Below are positions 1 to 9,881 of a DNA stretch of 20,000 nucleotides, in pieces. The DNA lies in assembly GCA_022813865.1 (NCBI GenBank), contig JALDZX010000042.1, positions 175,560-195,559 of the forward strand. The letters run 5' to 3'. This stretch comes from Xylographa opegraphella. Its lineage: Eukaryota. Below the pieces are notes generated by a model. The model was not told the DNA's origin. It saw nothing but the letters and a program-made list of their open reading frames with translations, and did not search any database. Every line of letters begins with the position of its first letter. The stretch's first letter is position 1. Made by a program: the position numbers and the translations under genes.

Positions 1-58
1 CTTGTATTCTATCTATGTTTTTGTATTTTTGTACGCGCTGATCTAAATGCGTTTCAAG

Positions 59-1195
59 GCAACATCACAATGCTCTCGGAAGGTCGTGCTGGCATCGACG
101 ATTTGTATTCTTTAAAAGACGGCAAGTGCGCTATTGACCACAAGATCTTGATCGTAGGTGGATATATGCTAAATATATTCCTGCTATCATGTAGGTCAGC
201 TGCGACTTGAGCTGTCTCGTGAGATCTACGAGCGAGTCGGTCTTGTCGGACATCCGATCCGAGACACAGGTCGGAAGCACATGAAGACCAGATATGGTAC
301 ACTTCTTTCAGAGATAGCAACTGGTTATGCTCATGCTAAAGGAGAGATACAGCTATCGAGATCAACCTACGACTTCCGTCTATGCTTCACGGGAAGAAGG
401 GGTTCGAAAGGATAGTTTGGGCATTCAAGAATGTGCTGAATCGTTCTGTGAGTTGGCTATTCTACGACTTTAACACAAAGCTTGATTCTACTGTATCGGG
501 TCAGTAGGCTACCCAATTACCAGAACTATTGTGGTACAGTAATGCTTACCTGAAGAATTAACTTTAGAGAACCGACCGATCGACAGACATCACCCTATCA
601 CCAAAGCGTGTCAACTTACAACGAAGCATTTTGAAGTAGTCACCCCGCCACTAGCGCCATACGTAGGAACAAGAAACACCTCAGAAGATGCTGAAGATAC
701 CGACCTCGGGCTTCTCGAGTGGCTGGACTTTGTTGCGCTTGAGAGTCCTCGAGTACTGCCCGGTGATAGAGTCGACCCGTTTCTGTGTCAGTATGAAGTA
801 CCGAACAGCGATAGGGCGCGGCCGACTAAGATTACGATGCTATCGTGGCGGGGTTTCATGCCGGCAGAGTGGATCAAGAAGCTACATCTGGAGTGCTTGT
901 AAGTTTTTCTCTTGAATGGGGAACGAGTACATTAGACAGAATTCATGTGCTGAAATTTGAGACCAGTTGGGCTATCCAGAAGCAAAGCTCGGGATGGATC
1001 GCGCTGAGTGCGGGTGCCTTCAAGATGGAAGCCATTGATGGACCAGAGGGCTACGTCCTACTAACAATACCCTCTAGGAAGATAGGTGATAGCGATCATG
1101 AATCCGTTTCAATTGATGCTGGAACACTCCGGACACCTGTGTTGATGGCGTATACGCTATGGGAAATGACCAGTGGCCATGGTCGATCCTCATAG
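59..1195 (+). CDS. RPP40: Ribonuclease P/MRP 40 kDa subunit (Rpp40 family), 5'-partial; exons 59-121, 195-296, 353-499, 568-898, 967-1195
   Basis: Manual splicing gives a continuous frame: NITMLSEGRAGIDDLYSLKDG/QLRLELSREIYERVGLVGHP...KHMKTRY/AIEINLRLPSMLHGKKGFERIVWAFKNVL.../LLEWLDFVALESPRVLPGDRVDPFLCQYEVP...WRGFMPAEWI. These blocks match fungal Rpp40 as I recall it. Introns at 122-194 (GC-AG), 297-352, 500-567 and 899-966. The start lies upstream of the window. Confidence 0.88.
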
Positions 1196-1428
1196 ACTTA
1201 AGTTTGGGAGATTTGACCATCGTCGAGGGACATCAGCAACAATACTCTACAGGTTACTACGATTTGGCTGACAGCCAATGAAGAGGCTTCACGCCATTCA
1301 AGGTCCATCAGCGGCAATAACATACGGGTTACCCACGAGGCCAACCGCTAATGAAGAGGTTTCACACCAAACGTCACACAATTGTTTACTGAATCATCTG
1401 GAAGCGTGCGTTGTCCTATTATTGAGTG

Positions 1429-1457
1429 ATACTTATCCAATAAATACTTATCCAATA
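1429..1457. repeat. Short tandem duplication ATACTTATCCAATA x2
   Basis: Identical 14-mers at 1429-1442 and 1444-1457 in the convergent RPP40/DNA2 intergenic region. Confidence 0.85.
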
Positions 1458-1507
1458 TGATACCAGCCTCAAAAGATATTCCAGTTCCAATCGCACCCAA
1501 ACTCTTC

Positions 1508-4500
1508 TCATGTCGAGGCCTCGTTGAAGATATCCCTCATCACTGGTCTACTACCCAGTAATTGCCTTACATCCATCGTCCCCTTCTTTTCAGGGGTTTT
1601 CCGCTTGCCTGCACCTCTCCTGAGAGCGCTCCTATCTTCTCCTCTGACCTTCCCAGTTCTTTGTTTCACAGGTTCATCCTCATGGACCTTTACACTTGCT
1701 TGCGTCACCAGATCCTCAAAGAGATGCACCTCCAATGCGTTCTGCGCCAAATCGAACTTCCAGCCTTTCTCATCAATCAGCCCACAGAGTTTGCCTAGTA
1801 GCTCGCTGCCTTTCTTCATGGTATCCCAGCTCCCCACTATGAGCAGTTTTGTTCGCGCCCTTGTCAACGCAACGTTCACCCTTCTCCAGTCTTTCAACAA
1901 CTCACCCACGTTGCCCGTCTCGTTACTCCGCACCAGCGAGAGGACAACAACCTCCTTATCGCGACCCTGGAACCTGTCTGCGGTGTGCATTTCGACCCCG
2001 CTAGCTCCTTGGTTGTCTCTCGAAATAGAAGATTTTAGGCGAAGGTTCTGCTTGAGAAGCGCCAGTTGACTGCGGTAGAGCGTAATGACACCAATATCGG
2101 TAGCTTTCACGCCGACAGTGAGCAGAGATTCAACCAGCTGCGTCGTCACACTTGCTTCGATTGGATTGGTTATTCGCGAGCCATTCGCAATCTCGCGGGA
2201 TAGCGGGAAAAGCCGATCTGTGTTTATAAAAGCAACCTTGACTGCTGGGTCGAACAAGTCACGGATCCAGCATGCCCCGGGGTTAGCGGCCGGACAAAAT
2301 GCGGACGCTGTAGATGAAATAGTGGAAGGGGTGTAATGATGTGCGCACATTGCTGACATATCAGGTATAAAGATCTCGCTGTTTGCGACTTCAGAAGTGC
2401 CACACTTGAGACGGCCGTTGTAGATAAGAGTATTGCTCAATGTCATAATATCCTCGCACATGCGGTATTGGTGCTCAAGATTGACAACAGACAATGGATG
2501 TTTCTCGGACAGTAACTTGAAGAGACTGATGTCCAATCCTCCTTCCTGGGCCTCCCTGTTCTGCACAAGTGGAGGGAGTTGATAGTGGTCCCCAACAAGG
2601 ATGAAAGTTCTGGCCATTCGGATTGGACCAAGGCAAACGGGCAGCGTGATCTGCGATGCCTCATCGACAATACAGTAGTCAAAGATACGCTGATTGAATA
2701 TCGGATGGTTGATGCCGAGGCAAGTAGTGGCGACTACTTGGTTGCTGTACGATCTCTTTAGTTCTTCCACTGTAGTCTTCGGTACGGCGGCAAGATCTGC
2801 AAACTCTTGCACTTGAGAATGGACCTTAGCAACGGCACCCAGCCGAAGGACCCCGATCCCATCATTGCGGATCTTTAGAAGAATATTATCCACGGCCGTA
2901 TGCGTGTAGGAGGTGAGAAGGACACTTTTTCCTTGTGCTGTGAGAGCACGGATGATGTGCGCAATTGTGGTAGTTTTTCCGGTTCCTGGCATTCCAAGCA
3001 CCAGAGCATAATCCCTAGCACACATGACCTTCTCGATGGCGTTTCTCTGGCCAACGTTCAGACTCGATTGGCTAGCTGTGTCGAACGTCATGGGAGCAGC
3101 ATTTACGAAGGTTGGGGCGACGCCTTCGACAACCAGTTTCCGAAGTGCTTGCGCGCCAAATAGATCCAATTCCATGATGCGAATCAGATTGCTACGGACC
3201 ATTGCCATCCCGTTGCTAAACTCATCTTTGTCAAGTCTATATAAGACTGGTTCTTCCGGCTGCTGAGGCATCATCGTGGACTGATGGTCCCCTTCCTCCA
3301 CAATCTCCATGATACCTGAAAACGACTGGTTGGTTTCGGCATCAAAGCCCTTACTCCTAACTCGAACATTGTGAAGACGTCGGTCAACAGCAACAGTAAT
3401 ACGGTGCTTTCGGACATGTGTGACGTATCCATTCGCCAACGCAAAATGACCCTTCTCGTCGGATATCACGATGGGTTCGCCGATGGTGATCTGCGAATCT
3501 GTGAACGCAAATGTTGGCTGAGCCTTTTCTTTTATAAAAGAATAACGAAAGCGATTGATTTTGGGAGCATCCGTTAGCTCAACAGCAGAACCAGGCTCGA
3601 TTACGACGTTGCCAAAACATCTACCGACTCTTTCTCTTTCCGAGCTAAGCATTGTCCACAATTCTCTCCTGAATTTGAGCACGTCGGCTTCTTCTTTTGT
3701 CAAGAGGTCATCCCACTTCTTGAAGAAGTCTTGATGGATTGGTTGCAGATGACTCACAAGCTCATCAAACTTTTTGTTCATACCGCTCGTGGTCCCATTT
3801 CCATTGTCGACGAGCTTATGGTAGATGAAACAAGGAGTCTTTGCATAACATCGGCCGCAAAGATGGGGACTCTTCAGCATAGGAGGAAGTTCAAGCCGAC
3901 GACGAACATAACAGGCAAGCTCATTCCGTTGCATGATCATATGTCGTAACTCGTGCCGGATAGCTGGAATGCGGGAAATTTCAGAAGTTTCCATGTAATA
4001 CAGTATCCCGTAAGCAATCTGAACATCTATAATGCTACATTCAGCAACTATTAACATTCGACCGGACGAATTACTCACCGTATCTATCGGACAGCAGGAG
4101 TGTATATAGTGCGGTTTGAGCCTTATGAGCAGCATTCGAGTTGTTCTTACCTGTTTTGACCTCGAAAGGTACTGTGAGAGTCCTCTCCTCTTCGCCGTCT
4201 TTCATCAGAACTTGCACGGTGGCATCGACGTTGCCCTTGAGACCGTACATAGGTGACCAGACATGCTCCTCAACGTCTAAAAGCTTGTTGATACTCATGA
4301 GAGCCTGAGCACCGTTACGATCCTTGACTACAGCTTCATTCTGTATCTAGTCAGCAAATGACATCTATGTTGTTAGGAGAATCACGTACTCGGGGTCGGA
4401 CTGTAACAAATACTTCAGCCCATGACTGCAACTCTGGAACCTTGCTTGTGAGATGATCGACAGCTTTGGCCATGTCGACATTAATCTCGAAAAGTGTCTC

Positions 4501-6948
4501 CAAGTAGCGAGCTGCAATGACTTTAATTGTATGTGCCAACCAACTTGTATCCCAGCGGTTTGCTTTCATAGCCTCCTGAAAAATCTCATGCAGTATATGT
4601 CCATAGACTTGAGGCTCATTGGCTGCATTAGTAGCCTTGACTCTATCTTGCAGGACTGCTCGTCGTGTACAAGAGAATGAATCTGCCACGACCGTTGCCG
4701 ATATTAAATGATCAGGGTGCAGAATCAAGATGTGATGCGTATCATCAACAATGCACTGGCCATTCTTATCAAAAATGCCAAGAACATGAATGTACGAGCC
4801 TGGCGTACAGGGGCTATCGAACCACGACTGCCGTAGGATGACTACCTTGTTGGCTTTCGTTTTCTCTTCGACCACGAGCAATACCTTCGTTGATCAGTAA
4901 CTGACTTGAAGTGGAGCATGGATCATCACCTTTTCTGGACAAAGTTGGCCATTGTTGATTTGAAACTGGCCCGTCGCAACAGTCACGATTAGATAGCGCT
5001 GAATCGTTGAAAATTTGCTACCATTCTTCGTATAGATTTAGCAGCTATCTAGACGGCTGTATGTCAGACCTACATACGAGCGATGGAGTCGATATATCTT
5101 CTGCCTGAGCAGCACGAGCATAATCCTCAGCGATGTCTTCGAAATCAAATCCAGCACCAAACTCGTCGTCAGACACGAGATCAACAACTCCTTCCTTCTC
5201 TGTGCGCACGTCGGCTGTCAGATGTCTCCTCGTAGAAACATCTTGAGCTGGAAACTTCATTGCAGAGATCCCAGTGTCTGCAGATAGGGGAAAACGCTGA
5301 TCAAATTCAGCTGCTAGAGACACAAAACCCTCACCAAAAAAGTCGTCATACTCGTCATCAAATTCGTCCTGTTTAGACATCGATTCGTGTTCAGATGGTT
5401 TCTCAACTCGCGCCATATCTAGTAGTGTAGGCCCATCGGAGTTGAGTTCACCACGCTGGCGGGAGATATTCAACTTGGTTTCACGTGTTTCATGAACCAT
5501 CGGAGGACCATATAAATTGTCGGTTCCTGCTTGACACTCAACAGGCCGTGCATTAGTTTCGTCCAACGCATTTCCCACTATGACATCTGCTGGCGTTGTG
5601 GTACGTATGGTAGCATCGACTTCGTCAAGTAATTCTTCGTCAAACTCGTCGTCACCATAATCCGAGGAGGCCTTGCCAATTGTCTCGTCCTTCAACGGTT
5701 CGAATTTTTCGAGATCGTCCCGAACCTTGTTGAGCCTCGTGTGTTCTGTTGTATTCAGTCGAGTCCTGGCATCGGAGGACGAGATATGTATTACACTGAC
5801 CCGAGATTGTTCAATAGGCGAAGAAGGGAAAGCCGCATCCTGAATCCGAGCTAGTGCGGGGGGTGAAGAGCTGGGGCGGCGAGTCACTGTGGATTCTCCT
5901 TTATTTTCAATCAATCCATCATTTATCTTACCCAAGAGGAAATTCACTCTCGATGCTTTCAAATCACAATAAGATCTTACCATCCCACCACGGCTGATAT
6001 CTTTGGTTTGGTCCCCAATTTGACTCAGACTCTGGTGGATCTTTCGCCTTTTAGTTGCAGAAGTTGGCCACTCCATGCCACAACTCATAGTTCTCCTAAG
6101 ACCACTGTACTCAAGCCTATTGACATTCGGTGCTGGAGTTTGAGGTGATGATGTATGGAGAAGATTTGACGGAGACAATGCTGGAGGCTTGCTCGGTGTC
6201 TGATTTGATTTGGGATGTAGAGAATAACGGCTCCATAGGTCTTTCGCTGGGTCTACTTGAGGTGACATAAGAGATTTCTGAAGGGTCTGTGTATTAAATG
6301 GGGCTTTTTTGCTGGGAGATTGAAGGCCAGTAAGTTCTCCACGTGGTGAAGATTGCGGCGACGAACTTCGAGCTCGTTTCAAGCCCCGCTTTGTGAAGGG
6401 AGTGGCAAAATTGCTGGCAATGTCCATACTTGATTGGGAAAGATTCCACAAAACCCTTTCCACAGGCGTGAGTAGTGGTAATTGGTCAAATGTATCTTCA
6501 CCATTACCGATGAGTTCGGCAAGAGGAACTCTGCCTACAGGCGTTGCTGGGAAGGCGGTCTGAACATCGTTTGATGTCTTCTGGGATTCGTCTAAGGAGG
6601 ATTGCGGTTGTTGCTGCGATGCTTTGTGTTTGTGTGGCTTGCCCAACGATTTGTTCTCTTGCTCTTGACTACCACCAAAGAGCTCGTTATCCGACGGAGC
6701 GCCGCCATTGCCAGTGAATTCGAAGGCCTTGAGTTTTGTTCTCGATTGCGACGAGGCAGTTATTGGACGTGCAGACATATTCGGTTTAGTAGCGTGTGCT
6801 CCTCTGTTATCCGCATAGTTTGGTCGTTGTTTCTTCTGCCAGCGGCGACGGTACTTTTATGACTGTCAGATAGAGTATTTGGAGGATCTTCAACTGGACT
6901 ACTCACAACAGGTGACTGGTCAAAAAAGTTCTGCTGCTGGCTCGACAT
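1508..6948 (-). CDS. DNA2: DNA replication ATP-dependent helicase/nuclease Dna2, ~1729 aa; exons 6948-6907, 6853-5078, 5025-4930, 4884-4390, 4340-4079, 4026-1508
   Basis: The ORFs join through five short introns. The protein has a disordered S/P-rich N-terminus; nuclease motifs HPDHLISATVVADSFSCTRRAVL, GHILHEIFQ, EEHVWSPMYGLKGNVDAT and FEVKTG; Fe-S cysteines CGRCYAKTPC; and SF1 helicase motifs GMPGTGKTT, DEASQ, VGDHYQLPP, TADRFQGRD and RRVNVALTRA. Exon 1 and the exact boundaries of intron 2 are less certain. Confidence 0.96.
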
Positions 6949-6972
6949 CCTAGCGGGGCATCATCCTACGGG

Positions 6973-7007
6973 ACGCGACATGTTATGATCATTACGCGTG
7001 GACGCGA
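6973..7007. promoter_or_regulatory. Cluster of MCB-like (ACGCGW) cell-cycle boxes upstream of DNA2
   Basis: ACGCGA at 6973-6978, ACGCGT at 6994-6999 and ACGCGA at 7002-7007, within 60 bp of the DNA2 ATG. MCB elements bound by MBF are established regulators of G1/S replication genes in ascomycetes. Confidence 0.6.
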
Positions 7008-7426
7008 CTTGGAGCGCCGAAGTCACGTGCTGATTGGTTCCTTAGCCCAAATAGCAAAGTTTCTCTAGAATAGATATCGTGAAGTCAATGGATCTGGAAA
7101 GCTCAAAGCTAACCGCACGTGCTGCAGTGAATGTGCTTCTACTCCGTCATGCTTTACTACAAAATTGTCTTGAAGAAGCCGATGTTGTGCGGATTGGTCG
7201 GCAGAACCTACAGCCGATTGGCTGTCTGTACTTAGCGCTACATGAGGATTGAGTTTAGGCACTTCATGATTGCAGATACTCCGTAGTAAGATCTCAATAT
7301 TTTCAATATAAATTTTGGGTATTGCGCTTGTGCAGATATTCTAGAATCCCATACATCCGGCTTATTGGTGCTGCTATCTTCTGCAACTTCCAGGACACCC
7401 AATCTAGAGAAATCTAACGCGGCACT

Positions 7427-8541
7427 ATGAGTCAGGAGAAGCCGCTTCCCTTCATATACCAGTTCGCGGCGGGTGCCGTAGCTGGTGTATCGGAAGTATG
7501 TCACTTCACACGGCTTACCCTATGGACCATGTGCTGACTTTCAACGTGTAGATCCTTGTCATGTGAGAGAACTACTTTCCAACTGACCTCGAGAAGCCAA
7601 GCTAATGTTGCAACTAGGTACCCCTTGGACGTAGTGAAAACACGAGTGTAAGTGCGCTTGTGTCTTCGTAGCCTTCTTTGCTCAATATTTCGGGCAGACA
7701 GTTGCAGACTGGAAAAGGGGTGGGAGATGAATACTACAATGGCATGGTCGACTGCTTTCGAAAGATTATCAAGAATGAGGGTTTCTCAAGACTTTATCGA
7801 GGAATTTCTGCCCCAATCCTTATGGAGGCCCCGAAGAGGTATGGCTTAATCATATGACAAACCACGTTGCACGTCTTACAAGTCGTTAGAGCCACAAAGT
7901 TCGCCGCCAATGACGAGTGGGGCAAGGTCTACCGCAAGATGTTCGGCATCGCTAAAATGGACCAAAAGTTATCTATATTAACCGGGGCATCAGCGGGTGC
8001 AACGGAGGCGTTTGTCGTGGTGCCGTTCGAGCTTATCAAGATCAGGCTTCAAGATCGAGCCTCGGCTGGGAAGTACAACGGGATGATAGATTGTGTCGTG
8101 AAAACAGTCAGGGCAGAGGGGCCATTAGCACTCTATAACGGACTAGAGAGCACATTATGGCGGCATATATTGTGGAATGCGGGATACTTTGGTTGTATCT
8201 TCCAGGTCCGGGAACTCTTACCGAAGGCGTCGGGCAAGAGCGAACAGATCCGCAACGATCTATTGTCGGGAGCAACAGGAGGGACTGTTGGAACGATACT
8301 TAACACGCCTATGGATGTTGTCAAATCAAGGATTCAAAATTCGCCCAAAATTGCCGGATCAATACCCAAATATAATTGGGCTTGGCCTGCGATCGGGACG
8401 GTCATGAGAGAGGAGGGATTCGCAGCGCTCTACAAAGGATTCGTGCCAAAGGTGCTGCGATTGGGTCCAGGCGGTGGTATTCTTCTTGTAGTTTTTACGG
8501 GAGTGATGGATTTCTTCAAGAGCATGAAGAGTAACAATTAA
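7427..8541 (+). CDS. ODC1: Mitochondrial 2-oxodicarboxylate carrier (ODC1/ODC2 family, SLC25); exons 7427-7495, 7552-7562, 7618-7647, 7698-7838, 7890-8541
   Basis: Spliced product MSQEKPLPFIYQFAAGAVAGVSE/ILVM/YPLDVVKTRV/QLQTGKG...PILMEAPKR/ATKFAANDEWG... It carries three carrier signature motifs (PLDVVK, PFELIK, PMDVVK) and ODC-typical EAPKRATKF, WRHILWNAGYFG and PKVLRLGPGGG. Confidence 0.93.
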
Positions 8542-8868
8542 CAGTAATGATTGTTAACCGTATTATATCAGAACGTTGGTCACTTGTTACGTCGAATGTT
8601 TGATATCTCTCTTGTGATTAGCTGGCATATCCGCGTCGTTCGCGTCGGACTGTTCTAGGGGCGAGATCCACAGCATCAGAAGCTTAGGGGCCTGCTTCCT
8701 TCTAGATTGCGTCTTTAAAAGGCCGTGACAACAGGAAAGCATTCTCCCTCTCTCCTATCGATATGTTGACACTTTCGTGGAACTTTACGGGATCATCGCC
8801 CGGTCGTTCGTATGAGTCATTAGAGCTTGTTTGACTAATCTGCCTGAGGATCGATTGACACTCGGCTC

Positions 8869-9534
8869 TCAGCTCTTCCGCCTTCGAACCTCCCTCTCTC
8901 TATCCGATCCTACACCTCTAACAGCATCCTTGACCAAATCCCGCAAGTCTTGCTGACCTTGCTCCGCCTCGAAGTCGTCTCTTCTAGCCAATTCCTCGAT
9001 TCTTTTTCTGAACTCAGGGTCAGGTGTCTGATCGTTGCCATCTCCAGCATCAGCACTGTCTAACGTGCCTACGTTGATGGTAACATTTGGCGGTAGCGGT
9101 GGAAGGTGTTGAAAACCACTGCTTGTGGTACGGCTAGCATCGCTGCCTGACACGGTACGGATTCGAGCTTCCAAGAGATAGTCAGCTATTGTCGGGTAGT
9201 CTCCTTCCGCCCTGATCTTTTCCTCGGCTGTAACACCATCTGCATTTGTGATTGTCGGATCCGCATTCAGCTCGTCAAGAAGAACGTGTGCTGCTTCTAC
9301 TGTCTCAACGACGAACAGCGCCGTTTCTCCATCTTCATCGCGAATATTGACATCAGCCTTGAACTCGGCAACAAGGATTCTTAGAAAATCCAGGTGGTTG
9401 TACGACGCTGCAGCGTGCATACAAGAATAGCCGTGCTCATCCTGTGACAAGGCGAGCTCGGGCTTCGACCGTAGCAGAGGAAGAAGTTTTGGACTGTTGT
9501 CTGCTGCGAGCAAAAAGGGATTGGTCTGCGCCAT
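8869..9534 (-). CDS. Small ankyrin-repeat protein (YCR051W-like), single exon
   Basis: First ATG at 9534 (MAQTNPFLLAADN). Ankyrin repeats QDEHGYSCMHAAASYNHLDFLRILV and NIRDEDGETALFVVET; conserved-looking C-terminal DPEFRKRIEELA...LRDLVKDAV. Confidence 0.85.
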   Translation of the reverse strand: MAQTNPFLLAADNSPKLLPLLRSKPELALSQDEHGYSCMHAAASYNHLDFLRILVAEFKADVNIRDEDGETALFVVETVEAAHVLLDELNADPTITNADGVTAEEKIRAEGDYPTIADYLLEARIRTVSGSDASRTTSSGFQHLPPLPPNVTINVGTLDSADAGDGNDQTPDPEFRKRIEELARRDDFEAEQGQQDLRDLVKDAVRGVGSDREREVRRRKS

Positions 9535-9881
9535 ACCAGTTCTTTCGTCTGCAACGATCCCTCTTGGTCCGGAGCAAGTCGCGTTTCTGGCCCTTACGAA
9601 CCGTCGAGCTTGTGAAAGTCTCAAGACAGCTATGGCGTCATAGGGCTGTAGATTAGGACTGTAAACAATGAGGCGCTTCCGTATTGTGACACCGCTGGCT
9701 GAGTCACTCCATATGTTCGCAAATCTTTGCGGAAGGAGTCACTCGATTCTTCTCAAGTCGTCCAAAATGCCTTTTCTCTTATGTCAAATCTTGTAGCCTC
9801 GCTGTAGACAGAATCTCTTGTTTTGCAACTCACCATTTGAATCGTTCGCTCCTGCGCACACAGCTCTTCAGTTTCTCGACC

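Noticed and set aside
1524..3949. Multiple plus-strand ORFs of 60-181 aa
   Set aside because: All are antisense to the DNA2 helicase exon and show no independent coding signal.
4027..4135. N-terminus of the 875-aa ORF (MLLIRLKPHY...)
   Set aside because: It is read-through of intron 4078-4027 and an off-frame part of the previous exon, not a separate gene start.
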